Assembly: GCA_964604145.1 (NCBI GenBank) | Contig: CAZRXS010000001.1 | Span: forward strand, 1 to 56,566 | Source: an uncultured Gudongella sp. | GTDB taxonomy: Bacteria > Bacillota > Clostridia > Tissierellales > Tissierellaceae | Length of the DNA stretch: 56,566 nucleotides | Direction: 5' to 3' | Shown here: piece by piece, positions 9,672 through 19,732 of the stretch | How positions within the stretch are numbered: position 1 is the first letter of the stretch | Layout: every line of letters begins with the position of its first letter | Translations under genes and position numbers: made by a program | Notes under the pieces: model-generated | Seen by the model: the letters and a program-made list of their open reading frames with translations, nothing else | Told to the model about the DNA's origin: nothing | The model's database searches: none

Positions 9672-10400
9672 TTAAAATCTAATACCTATGACGGTTATAT
9701 TGTCCTTGCCACCTTTTTCAATGGCAGATTCAATTGCTAGCTCACAAGCGTGTTTAATATTTTCATTTTTTTCAAATATCTCTTGTATTTCAGATTCATC
9801 AATCATATTTGTTAAGCCATCACTACATAAAATAAAAATATCATTTGTATTTATTTCTACAATATCTATATCAATATCTATATCTATACTAGTTCCCACT
9901 GCTCTTAATATAACATTCCTTTGAGGATGAGTGAGAGCTTCAGAAGGAGTAATTTCTCCAGTTTTTATTAGTTCATTTACCAGTGAATGGTCCTCGGTTA
10001 TTCTAACAAGCTTTTTATTTCTTAAGTAATAAGCTCTTGAATCTCCAACATGTGCAACAATAAAAAAATTATCATATACATAAGCTAAAGTAACTGTTGT
10101 ACCCATACCCTTACATTCCGAGTGATTTAAGGAATATTCAAAAACCTCTTTATTAGCAAGTTCAATCGCATCTTTAATGGTAATAGAAGCTATTTTTAGA
10201 TTGGAAATATTTGAAGATTTTTCTATAATTTCTCTACTTATTATATCCACGGTTAGCTTGCTTGCGATTTCTCCTGCTTTATGTCCACCCATACCATCTG
10301 CCACAATAAATAAAGGAAGGCAATTTTTTTTAGGTAAATACATGCAATCTTGATTAACCCCTCTAACCAATCCTTTATTACTTCTACCGCCTATATCCAC
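9672..10400 (-). CDS. prpC: PP2C Ser/Thr phosphatase (PrpC/Stp1)
   Basis: VADGMGGH, HVGDSRAY, CSDGL and GGKDNIT motifs. Confidence 0.95.
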   Translation of the reverse strand: MDIGGRSNKGLVRGVNQDCMYLPKKNCLPLFIVADGMGGHKAGEIASKLTVDIISREIIEKSSNISNLKIASITIKDAIELANKEVFEYSLNHSECKGMGTTVTLAYVYDNFFIVAHVGDSRAYYLRNKKLVRITEDHSLVNELIKTGEITPSEALTHPQRNVILRAVGTSIDIDIDIDIVEINTNDIFILCSDGLTNMIDESEIQEIFEKNENIKHACELAIESAIEKGGKDNITVIGIRF

Positions 10401-10412
10401 ATTCTCACCTCG

Positions 10413-11444
10413 TTATATTAACTTCTCTAGGACTCCTCTTCTTAGTTGCCCACATGAAGCACTAATATCTAAGCCTTTTTCAGCTCTAATGGTAGTCTGT
10501 ATACCTAATTTAAGAAGTTTTTGTTGAAATAAAACTACTGTCTTTTTACTAGGTCTTTTCCTATTAAATTCCTTGATTGGATTAAGTACAATTAAATTTA
10601 CATGTACAAGGAGCCCTTGGCATAATTTTGCTATTTCTCTAGCGTCTGTTTCTCCATCATTCAAATCTTCTATTAGAGTGTATTCAAATGTAATTCTTCT
10701 ATTGGTTTTTCTATTATAATATTTTAGGGCTTCTATTAAGTTTTTTAACTTGTACTTGTTGGCGATTGGCATTATTTCAGCTCTTTTATCATCAAAGGGT
10801 GAATGTAAAGAAATTGAAAGAGTTATTGGCATTATCTCATCTGCCAATCTATAAATTTTTGGCACGATACCACAAGTTGAAAGCGTAATGTTTCTTAAAC
10901 TAATATTTCTACCTTTATTGTGATTTATAATCCTTATAAAGCCAATCACATTTTCATAATTATCAAGAGGCTCGCCACTACCCATCAATAATATATTAGA
11001 AATCCTAATATTCAAGTCTTCTTCTGCCATATAAATTTGATTTAACATCTCTGAAACATTAAGATTCCTGATTAAGCCTTCTTTGGTTGATGCACAAAAA
11101 CTACAGCCCATTTTACAGCCAACTTGTGAAGAAATACACATAGAGTACCCGTGTGTATATTTCATAACAACTCCTTCTATAATATTATTATCTTCCAGCA
11201 AAAATAAATATTTAACTGTATCATCTAATTTAGAATTGTATTTCTTTAAAATTTTTATTGTACCTATTTTATAATCCAGTTCTAGGGAAGTCCTCAAAGC
11301 TTTTGAAAAAAGGTTTAATTCATGAATGTTTTTCCCATTTTGTTGGTGCATAAATTTAAATAACTGCTCAGTCCTAAATTTCTTTTCTCCTAAACTTAAA
11401 ATTAATTCAGATAATTCCTTATAAGTCATATTGTTTAATTCCAT
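10413..11444 (-). CDS. rlmN: Dual-specificity 23S rRNA/tRNA methyltransferase RlmN
   Basis: SSQVGCKMGCSFC radical SAM motif, MGSGEPL, C-terminal ASCGQL; start probably ATG 11444. Confidence 0.95.
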   Translation of the reverse strand: MELNNMTYKELSELILSLGEKKFRTEQLFKFMHQQNGKNIHELNLFSKALRTSLELDYKIGTIKILKKYNSKLDDTVKYLFLLEDNNIIEGVVMKYTHGYSMCISSQVGCKMGCSFCASTKEGLIRNLNVSEMLNQIYMAEEDLNIRISNILLMGSGEPLDNYENVIGFIRIINHNKGRNISLRNITLSTCGIVPKIYRLADEIMPITLSISLHSPFDDKRAEIMPIANKYKLKNLIEALKYYNRKTNRRITFEYTLIEDLNDGETDAREIAKLCQGLLVHVNLIVLNPIKEFNRKRPSKKTVVLFQQKLLKLGIQTTIRAEKGLDISASCGQLRRGVLEKLI

Positions 11445-11486
11445 ATTTAAACCCACTTCGTTTTATTATTATATAATATTTTATTA

Positions 11487-12830
11487 TTATAAGCTATCTT
11501 TCTTAACCATCTTTGCAATAAAGAATCCATCTGTTTCATGTATATTTGGAAAAAGCTCTATATAGCCTAGGCTTTGTGTGTCTGATATTATCTTATTGTT
11601 TTTTAAGACAATAGGCACTAGTTGGAACATATTGTTCTTTATTAAGAAACGTTTTATTTGATCTATATTTTCATTTTTATTTATAGTGCAAGTACTATAA
11701 ATTAAATAACCATTTGTTTTTACATATTTAGCTGCCATATCTAAAAATTTAGACTGCAAATGGATTAGTGATTCAATATTTCTTCTTGTTCTATTAAATT
11801 TTATCTCTGGCTTTCTTCTAAGCAAACCAAAACCAGAACAAGGTGCATCAACTAAGCAATAATCAAATTTCTCTATGGATGCATCATCTATGTCTAATGC
11901 ATCTTGTAATTGTGTTTCTATAATATCTATTCCCAGTCTGCTTGCATTTTCTTTAACAAGATCGAGTTTGTCATTATTTAAATCCCTAGCAACTACTAGA
12001 CCTTTATTATTCATCCACTGTGCCATATGGGTTGATTTTCCACCAGGGGCACTGCATATATCTAAAACAGAGCTGTTTTCTTTTGGAGCCAATACTTCAG
12101 TTACCAACATACTACTCTCGTCTTGAATAATAAATAAGCCATTCTTAAATTCTTTTGTCTCTGTTATCCTGTTAGGATTATTTAATATCAAACAGTCTTT
12201 TGCAAATTTGCATAGAGAAACATCTAAACCTTGATCTTCAAAAGATTTCACTAGAGAATCTTTAGTGGTTTTTAATGTATTAACGCGAATATTAAGTTTG
12301 GGAGATGTATTATTAGCCTTTAATAACTCTATCGTGAAATCTTTGCCATATTGTTTAATCCACATCTCTACTAAATAGATTGGGTGAGAAAACCTAATTG
12401 ATAGTTTTTCAATGGAATCATTCGATTGAGTATATAAGAGCTCTTTTTTTCTTCTATTTGCATGTCGCAGTATTCCATTTACAAAGCCAATACTACCTTC
12501 GTGTCCATATATTCTTGCAAGTTTAACAGATTCATTTACAGCAGCACTTTCTGGTATCTTATCCGAAAATAACAACTGATACAAGCCAATTCTCAATATT
12601 TCAAGAATCATTGGATGGATTTTTTTAAACTTAATCTTGGATAGATTCTTAATAACATAATCTAGAAATATTTGGTTTTCTATAACTCCATAGACTAACT
12701 CGCGAAAGAGGTTTCTATCTTCAAGTTTTGAAATATATTCATCGTAGTTTTTTACAACATCTTGTGAATATAAAGAATTCTTATGAATATCAAATAAAGC
12801 TTTTACGCTAGCTTCTCTTGCATTTAACAT
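11487..12830 (-). CDS. rsmB: 16S rRNA m5C967 methyltransferase RsmB (Sun)
   Basis: NusB-like N-terminus; IQDESS, CSAPGGK, DAPCSG and YSTCT motifs. Confidence 0.95.
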   Translation of the reverse strand: MLNAREASVKALFDIHKNSLYSQDVVKNYDEYISKLEDRNLFRELVYGVIENQIFLDYVIKNLSKIKFKKIHPMILEILRIGLYQLLFSDKIPESAAVNESVKLARIYGHEGSIGFVNGILRHANRRKKELLYTQSNDSIEKLSIRFSHPIYLVEMWIKQYGKDFTIELLKANNTSPKLNIRVNTLKTTKDSLVKSFEDQGLDVSLCKFAKDCLILNNPNRITETKEFKNGLFIIQDESSMLVTEVLAPKENSSVLDICSAPGGKSTHMAQWMNNKGLVVARDLNNDKLDLVKENASRLGIDIIETQLQDALDIDDASIEKFDYCLVDAPCSGFGLLRRKPEIKFNRTRRNIESLIHLQSKFLDMAAKYVKTNGYLIYSTCTINKNENIDQIKRFLIKNNMFQLVPIVLKNNKIISDTQSLGYIELFPNIHETDGFFIAKMVKKDSL

Positions 12831-12854
12831 TATTTACCTCCAACACATAAGGGA

Positions 12855-13526
12855 TTATCTTCTTCTATTTGTCATCGATAAAAGCCTAAAAAGTTGTCCT
12901 ACTGCAACAAGTGTTGCTGCTACATAAGTCAAAGCTGCTGCATCTAGAACCTCTCTAGCTGGTTTTAAACTTTCGTTTGGCACTAATCCCTGTTCTAATT
13001 GGAGCATAGCTCTATTGCTGGCATTAAGCTCTACTGGCAAAGTTATTATTTGGAATAGAACTACCGCAAGAAACAATGAAATTCCAATATTTATAAAAAA
13101 AGGACTTATTAAGAATCCCAATATTATAAAAATCCAAACCATTCTTGCGCTGATATTTACAATCGGTGCTATATTATTTCTTAGCATCAATGGGAAATAA
13201 CCTTCAGAGTGCTGGATAGCATGACCCACTTCATGTGCTGCCACACTTACCGATGCTATACTAGACCCAGAATAAACATTTTGTGATAATCTTAAAATTT
13301 GTGTTCTAGGATCATAATGATCTGTTAAATTTCCAGCTACTTGTTCTATCCTGACATTTTCTAGTCCATTTCTATCTAGAATAAATCTTGCAACTTGATA
13401 ACCATTTAGACCAGAATGACTAGGAACCTTAAGATATTTAGAAAAAGTATTTGTTATTTTCCTCTGAGCATATCCAGCAAAAATAAGTGCAGGGAGTACA
13501 AAAATTATCCAATTACCACCATACAT
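12855..13526 (-). CDS. Membrane zinc metallopeptidase (YugP-like)
   Basis: LTDHYDP, AAHEVGHAIQH (HExxH), TLPVE and AAALTYVA motifs. Confidence 0.88.
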   Translation of the reverse strand: MYGGNWIIFVLPALIFAGYAQRKITNTFSKYLKVPSHSGLNGYQVARFILDRNGLENVRIEQVAGNLTDHYDPRTQILRLSQNVYSGSSIASVSVAAHEVGHAIQHSEGYFPLMLRNNIAPIVNISARMVWIFIILGFLISPFFINIGISLFLAVVLFQIITLPVELNASNRAMLQLEQGLVPNESLKPAREVLDAAALTYVAATLVAVGQLFRLLSMTNRRR

Positions 13527-13587
13527 ATATATCCCCTCATTTCTATAAAATAGTGTCTTTTATGCTTTCACTGTAGATTTTCTTATA

Positions 13588-14514
13588 TTATAAAATATAT
13601 CCTTCTTCTATTTGATTGCCCATTAAATAAACCCTTACATCCATCTCTTTCTTTCCTGGAAATTGTAAATTTTTAATTATTACAAATCCATCTTTTACTG
13701 CAACCCATATACCAGCACTAGACACCTTCTCTATATAACCAAATTCTCTATCGTGTTCTGCTAATTCTCTGCTCACTTTATGAATTTTCACCTGCTGACT
13801 CTTATAGTTAGTATATGCCATTGGCCAGGGTTTAAGACCTTTTACAAGTCTTTCTATCTGGTATCCAGATTTACTCCAATCTATTTTACCAAGCTCCTTA
13901 GAAAGCATGGGAGCATAAGTTGATTCTTCATGATTTTGTGGCTTGTATACAACTCTATTAGAAACGATTAAATCAATTGCCTCTATTATAAGCTCTGAAC
14001 CCAGTTTTGATAATTTATCATGTATTGTAATAGAGTCGTCATCATCAGTAATTGGGATAGCCTTTTTAATTATTATATCTCCTGAATCCAAGCCTTTTGT
14101 CATTTTCATTATAGTAACCCCTGTCTCTTTTTCGCCATTTATTATTGCCCAGTTTATAGGCGCTGCACCCCTATAATGTGGTAAAAGTGAAGCATGGATA
14201 TTTAGACAAGTATATTTTGGGATTTTTAAAATGTGCTCTTTTAAAATTTGACCATAGGCAACTACAACGATAAAATCAGGCTTGTAGCTATTTATTTTAG
14301 CTAGAGATTTTTCACTGTTAACATCTTCTGGTTGATAGATTTCAATATTAAGATCCAATGCTTTTTGTTTTACTGGATTAAATTGTGTTTTTTTTCCTCG
14401 TCCTTTTTTTTTGTCAGTTTGACTTATAACTAAAGGAATGTGATAACCTTTTTTATATAAATTCTCTAAGGTTGGGACTGCAAATTCTGGAGTAGCCATA
14501 AATATTATTTTCAC
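13588..14514 (-). CDS. fmt: Methionyl-tRNA formyltransferase
   Basis: FMATPEFA, VVAYGQIL and NIHASLLPHYRGAAPI motifs. Confidence 0.97.
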   Translation of the reverse strand: MKIIFMATPEFAVPTLENLYKKGYHIPLVISQTDKKKGRGKKTQFNPVKQKALDLNIEIYQPEDVNSEKSLAKINSYKPDFIVVVAYGQILKEHILKIPKYTCLNIHASLLPHYRGAAPINWAIINGEKETGVTIMKMTKGLDSGDIIIKKAIPITDDDDSITIHDKLSKLGSELIIEAIDLIVSNRVVYKPQNHEESTYAPMLSKELGKIDWSKSGYQIERLVKGLKPWPMAYTNYKSQQVKIHKVSRELAEHDREFGYIEKVSSAGIWVAVKDGFVIIKNLQFPGKKEMDVRVYLMGNQIEEGYIL

Positions 14515-14984
14515 TCTTCATCATCCTCTGGATTATAGTCAAATACTTCATTAGCTAAGTCTGTATATAGTATCCCGTTTAAATGATCTATCTCATGACA
14601 AAAAACTCTTGCTATATATCCTTCTGCATCAATCGTTACTTCCTCGCCACTTTGATTTATATACTTTACCTTAATCTTCTCAGGCCTATCAACCTTACCC
14701 CTTAAATTAGGAACTGATAAACAGCCTTCTATGTCCTCAACCTTGCCTTCATTACTTTCTATAACAGGGTTAATTGCAACTATTGGTTCTTCTCCAATAT
14801 CTATTACTATTAATCTTTTTAATACACCAACTTGTGGAGAAGCTAAGCCAATACCATTTTCGTATCTCATGGTTTCAATCATATCTTGAATTAATATTTC
14901 TAATTTGCTATCTATTTTTTTTACTTCTTTAGATACTTTTCTTAAAATTGGGTCTCCATCTACTCTAACTTTCCTTAATGCCAT
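14511..14984 (-). CDS. def: Peptide deformylase
   Basis: GIGLASPQVG, EGCLS and HEIDHLNG motifs. Confidence 0.97.
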   Translation of the reverse strand: MALRKVRVDGDPILRKVSKEVKKIDSKLEILIQDMIETMRYENGIGLASPQVGVLKRLIVIDIGEEPIVAINPVIESNEGKVEDIEGCLSVPNLRGKVDRPEKIKVKYINQSGEEVTIDAEGYIARVFCHEIDHLNGILYTDLANEVFDYNPEDDEE

Positions 14985-14995
14985 CAAAATTCCTC

Positions 14996-17440
14996 CTACA
15001 ATACACTTTCTGGATTAACTGTTATACTTATTTTTACTCCCGGATTCTTAAATTTTACTTCATCCAAAACCAACAAGCGTTTTAAGATTTTCTTTAACTC
15101 TCTAGAACTTGATTCATTGTATTTTATTAATATCTGCCACCTATACTCATTATTTATTCTTTCTAATGGTGCTGGCAATGGATTATTAACTATTATATTA
15201 TTTAAGTCTAATTCCCCAATTTTGTTTTTAATAATTTCATTTGCCTTTATGATATTATCCCTAACCATTTTTTGATCTTTCCCATAAAAAAGAATAGATA
15301 TTATATTTACAAAAGGTGGATATATAAATTCCTTGCGAAGATAAATTTCAATATCATAAAAATCTTTATAACTACTCTCTTTTGCACTAGCTATACTGTA
15401 GTGTTCAGGATTATATGTTTGTAACACTACCCTACCTACTTTGTCACCTCTACCAGCCCTTCCTGATACTTGAGTTATTAATTGGAAGGTTTTTTCTGGC
15501 GAGCGGAAATCTGGCAAGTTCAATGTTGTATCTGCTGCTACAATACCTACTAAGGTTACATTAGGAAAATCCAAACCTTTTGTAATCATTTGAGTACCTA
15601 TTAAAATATCTATTTTTCGCTCCTTCATCTTATTCAAAACAATATCGTAATCATTTCTCTTTTTTACAGTGTCACTATCCATTCTTTCAATATTAGCCTT
15701 TGGATATGATTTTCTAACTTCTTCTTCAATCTTTTCTGTACCTATACCAAATGTTCTAATATAATTGCTAGCACAGTTAGGACAAACTACTGGTATTATT
15801 TTTGTGGCACCACAGTAGTGACATCGCAATCTATTGCTAGTTTTATGGACTGTCATACTGATGTCACAATTTTCACATTTGACGACATACCCACATGCTC
15901 TACAGGTTACAAATCCAGCATACCCTCTTCTATTTAGGAATAATATAATTTGTTCACCATTTAATAAGGCTTCATCAATCTTTTGTCTTAGGCTTGTGCT
16001 AAATATTGACTTATTTCCATTTAGAAGCTCTTGTCTCATATCAATAACTTCTATGGTTGGCAGCTGCATTTTAGTTGCTCTTTCTTTTAACTCCAAGTAC
16101 CTATATTCTTGTTTATAACTTTTGTAGTAAGTTTCTATAGATGGTGTAGCTGTACCTAAAATCAATTTAGCATTTTCAAGTTCTACTCTTTTTTTAGCTA
16201 CTTCTATTGTATCATATTTAGGATTACTATTAGATTTATAAGTGTTTTCATGTTCTTCATCTATAATAATTAAACCCAAGTTATTAAAGGGAGCAAATAT
16301 AGCGGAACGAGCTCCTATGACTATGGTGTATTCGCCAGTTTTTATCCTTCGCCATTGGCTAAACCTTTGAGCTTTTGTAAGTCTACTATGAAGTATCGCA
16401 ACTTTATTTCCAAACCTACCAACAAATCTATCTATAGTTTGTGGTGTTAAAGATATTTCCGGAACTAAAATAATTGAATCTTTTCCTTGTTTTAAATATT
16501 CTTCTACTAGTTGCAGGTAAATTTCTGTTTTCCCACTGCCAGTTACGCCATGTAATAAATAACTATTGTGGTCAGAATTAATAATTTTATTATAAAGCAA
16601 TTCTTGATCTTTATTCAATTTGAGTTTTTCGTAATTAGCTATAACTTCTTCTACTGCTTCCTCATTTACAATCTGTTTATCAACAAGGATCAACTCTTTA
16701 GAAATAAGCGCTTTTAAAACAGTTGAACTAGTGTTAAATTCTCTTAATATTTCTTTTTCAGTTTTTATATATTTATCCCACTTTGTCTCCCAAATAATTC
16801 TCTGTTTTTTTGCTGAGTTCCCAATAATCTCCAAGCCATCCTCGATACTTATTGCTTTCGATTTCCATAAGATATTTTCATATTTTATGGATACTCTCTT
16901 TTTAATATCAATATCTATATTTATAATACCCTTATTTTCAAGTTTAATAAGTGTCTTGTTAAGGTTTTTCCATTTAAATGCGTTTTTCAGTTAAATATAT
17001 AATATTTGTTTTTCATTTTTTAATATATCTACTATTCTATTTTCTTCATTATCTAATAATTTTTCGTCAATAACCTTTTCAGATAAGACTATTATATTAT
17101 TTATTTCTTTAAAATCTCCAGGAGGTAAAACAACACTTAGAGCTTCAAAAAATGTACACAAATACTCTTCTCTCATCCATTTAGCTAACTGGATCATTTT
17201 TAAAGTAAGGATTGGTTTTGTATCTAGTGCTTGTATTATATACTTGATATTCCCTTTTAAATTAGTAGCATCAGCAGTTTTTATTACAACTCCTAGAGTA
17301 GGTTTGTTTGTCTTACCAAATGGAACAACAACTCTTATCCCTATTTGAATATCGTCTTTTTGTAAGGGTTTAATACCATAAGTAAATGGTCTATCCAGCT
17401 TAGATGACTTGTGATCTATGATTATTTGTGCGTATTTCAA
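14996..17440 (-). pseudogene. priA: Primosomal protein N' (PriA) interrupted by one in-frame TAA at 16991-16993 (nonsense mutation or sequence error)
   Basis: TTG start 17440 after GGAGG; N-terminal LDRPFTY...RVVVPFG 3'-binding domain; the two ORF-track pieces are in the same frame and the 52 codons between them are open; GVTGSGKT, DEEH, Cys-rich zinc region and QVSGRAGR in the C-terminal part. Confidence 0.9.
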
Positions 17441-17479
17441 GTAATTACCTCCTTGCATCATGGCAAAAGCTAGAATTAT

Positions 17480-18685
17480 CTAGCCTTTGTCAATCAAATT
17501 TAAAACTTTATCTGCAATTACTTTTGATAATAAATCCTTTTTCATAATGGGTAATTCTTCCATCTTTCCATCTTTATGGATTATACTGACAATATTTGTA
17601 TCTTCTTTAAATCCAGCACCTAATTTTGTAATATCATTTGCAACTATAAAGTCAAAATTCTTTTCTGCAAGTTTTTTCTTAGCATATTCTATTAAATTAT
17701 TAGTTTCAGCTGCAAATCCAATCATAATTTTATTATTTTTTATCTCTCCGAAGTACTTAGCTATATCTGGATTTTTTACTAAGTTTAGCGATAGTTTTTC
17801 ATCTGAATTAGCAGATTTTTTTATTTTTCTACTTGTATAATTTTCTACTTTATAATCTGATGGTGCTGCTGATTTTATTAATATATCACAAGATGCAAAA
17901 TTTATTTTTACAGCATCAAACATATCCTGGGTTGTATTTACTTTTATTGTTTCAACATCCAAAGGAGGATCTAATGAAGTTGGCCCAGTAATAAGGACTA
18001 CATCAGCTCCTCTATTGCGAAATTCTTTTGCTAGTGAATAACCCATTTTTCCACTAGAGTGGTTAGTGATATACCTTACTGGATCTATTGGCTCTATAGT
18101 AGGTCCAGCTGTTATAAGAACTTTTTTATCTATAAAATCTTTTGGAGTAAAATAATCTTCCAAAGCATCAATTATTTCTGCTGGTTCGCACATTTTACCA
18201 GGTCCAATATCACCACAAGCTAACCTACCTTCGCCTGGTTTCAAAAAAATATGACCACGTGATTTAAGTTTTTCCATATTTTCAACTGTAGCTACATTTA
18301 AATACATTGTTGAATTCATAGCAGGAGCAAATATTATCCTAGCCTGTGAAGCTAAAACTGTTGTAGTCAATAAATTATCTGCTATCCCATTAGCTATTTT
18401 AGCTATGGTATTGGCAGTTGCAGGTGCAATAAGTATAACATCTGCTTTTTGAGCAAGAGATATATGCTCGACATTTATTCCATCTTCTAATCCAAACATA
18501 TCAACGTGGACTCTATTTTGGGACATAGTCTGAAATGTAAGTGGAGATACAAATTTTGAAGCTGCATCTGTCATAATAATATCGACATTTACATCTGCTT
18601 TTTTTAATTTACTTACCAGATCTGCTGATTTATATACTGCAATACCACCTGTTACGCATAATAAAACTGTTTTTCCCTTTAACAT
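17480..18685 (-). CDS. coaBC: Bifunctional phosphopantothenoylcysteine decarboxylase/ligase
   Basis: TGGIAVYK, APATAN, PAMN, LACGDIG and DPVRYITNHSSGKMG motifs. Confidence 0.97.
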   Translation of the reverse strand: MLKGKTVLLCVTGGIAVYKSADLVSKLKKADVNVDIIMTDAASKFVSPLTFQTMSQNRVHVDMFGLEDGINVEHISLAQKADVILIAPATANTIAKIANGIADNLLTTTVLASQARIIFAPAMNSTMYLNVATVENMEKLKSRGHIFLKPGEGRLACGDIGPGKMCEPAEIIDALEDYFTPKDFIDKKVLITAGPTIEPIDPVRYITNHSSGKMGYSLAKEFRNRGADVVLITGPTSLDPPLDVETIKVNTTQDMFDAVKINFASCDILIKSAAPSDYKVENYTSRKIKKSANSDEKLSLNLVKNPDIAKYFGEIKNNKIMIGFAAETNNLIEYAKKKLAEKNFDFIVANDITKLGAGFKEDTNIVSIIHKDGKMEELPIMKKDLLSKVIADKVLNLIDKG

Positions 18686-18694
18686 TTACATCAC

Positions 18695-18904
18695 CTACTT
18701 GCTAGTTAATTCTAAATCTGGTTTTACATATTCAATCAATCCATGAGTTATTTCATCTAAGGCGACAGTAACTGGCTTATTGAATTTTGACTCTAATTTA
18801 GGGCTTGAACCTTCAATTATTTGCCTTGCTCTCTTTGCAGCAACCATTACAAGGGTATATCTATTTTCTTCTTCCAATGCAAATTCATTAATCTTATCAG
18901 ACAT
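18695..18904 (-). CDS. rpoZ: RNA polymerase omega subunit
   Basis: NRYTLVMVAAKRARQI and KPVTVALDEI motifs; between gmk and coaBC. Confidence 0.93.
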   Translation of the reverse strand: MSDKINEFALEEENRYTLVMVAAKRARQIIEGSSPKLESKFNKPVTVALDEITHGLIEYVKPDLELTSK

Positions 18905-18905
18905 A

Positions 18906-19520
18906 TCAATTGCCTCCTTTTTTTGTAAGTTGCTCTTTTATATCTTTATGTCTTTTTACTCTAAGTCTTTCTGAATGAATAATAGCCTCAATATCAAGAA
19001 CAGCTAAATCTACCTTGTCATTTACTATAAAAAAATCATATTCACCTACAAAATCCAATTCTTTAAAAGCATTTGAAAATCTTGTGTTAATATCTTCTTC
19101 AGACTCTGTTCCTCTTTTAACAATTCTATTTCTCAATTCACCCATAGTTGGTGGAAGTAAAAATATAAATACTGCTTCCTTGCAATTTTTTTTAATTTGA
19201 AGAGCACCTTGTACATCTATCTCTAAAAGAACTATTTCTCCTTTTTCAATTTCTTCTAAAACAAATTTTTTTGGAGTCCCATAATAATTTGTATGAACAA
19301 ATGCATATTCTAAAAATTCATCATTTTTTATCATTTCATCAAACTTTTCTTTAGTATAAAAAAAATAATTTTCTCCATCTACCTCAGTCGCCCTTGGAGA
19401 TCTAGTTGTTGCAGATACAGAGAATACAATATCATTATTTCTTTCCATTAATGCCTTGCTTACAGTTCCTTTTCCACTTCCAGATGGGCCTGAAAGAACC
19501 AATAAAAACCCTTTTGCCAT
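18906..19520 (-). CDS. gmk: Guanylate kinase
   Basis: SGPSGSGKGT, SATTRSPR, YYGTP and LEIDVQGA motifs; real start ATG 19520 (MAKGFLLVL). Confidence 0.97.
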   Translation of the reverse strand: MAKGFLLVLSGPSGSGKGTVSKALMERNNDIVFSVSATTRSPRATEVDGENYFFYTKEKFDEMIKNDEFLEYAFVHTNYYGTPKKFVLEEIEKGEIVLLEIDVQGALQIKKNCKEAVFIFLLPPTMGELRNRIVKRGTESEEDINTRFSNAFKELDFVGEYDFFIVNDKVDLAVLDIEAIIHSERLRVKRHKDIKEQLTKKGGN

Positions 19521-19542
19521 AACTTTCCACCAACTTTCAGTA

Positions 19543-19722
19543 TTATTCATACATTTCCTCTTTAACATATAACCATTGTGTAATAGTTTCTGATTGCAAT
19601 AATGACAGTATAACATAGGGGCTATACCTTTTAATTGGAGCTGAACTTAGACTTATACCGCTATCAATTATATTAGAATCAACATCATTTTCTAATTCTT
19701 CATTTGTAAGATAGACTTTCAT
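19543..19722 (-). CDS. remA: 59-aa RemA/YlzA (DUF370)-derived ORF with an internal deletion; mini-protein or pseudogene
   Basis: Not in the ORF track. My translation: MKVYLTNEELENDVDSNIIDSGISLSSAPIKRYSPYVILSLLQSETITQWLYVKEEMYE. It keeps the SAPIKR and ILS..Q.ET...L.VKEE motifs and sits in the yloC-remA-gmk slot with an AGGGG RBS-like sequence. Confidence 0.72.
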   Translation of the reverse strand: MKVYLTNEELENDVDSNIIDSGISLSSAPIKRYSPYVILSLLQSETITQWLYVKEEMYE

Positions 19723-19732
19723 ATAATCGCCC

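Noticed and set aside
16991-16993. TAA reassigned or read through as Glu (in-frame TAA in both priA and the hemZ relic)
   Set aside because: Many intact genes in the window end at TAA at their expected C-termini, no suppressor tRNA is visible, and hemZ has other inactivating lesions
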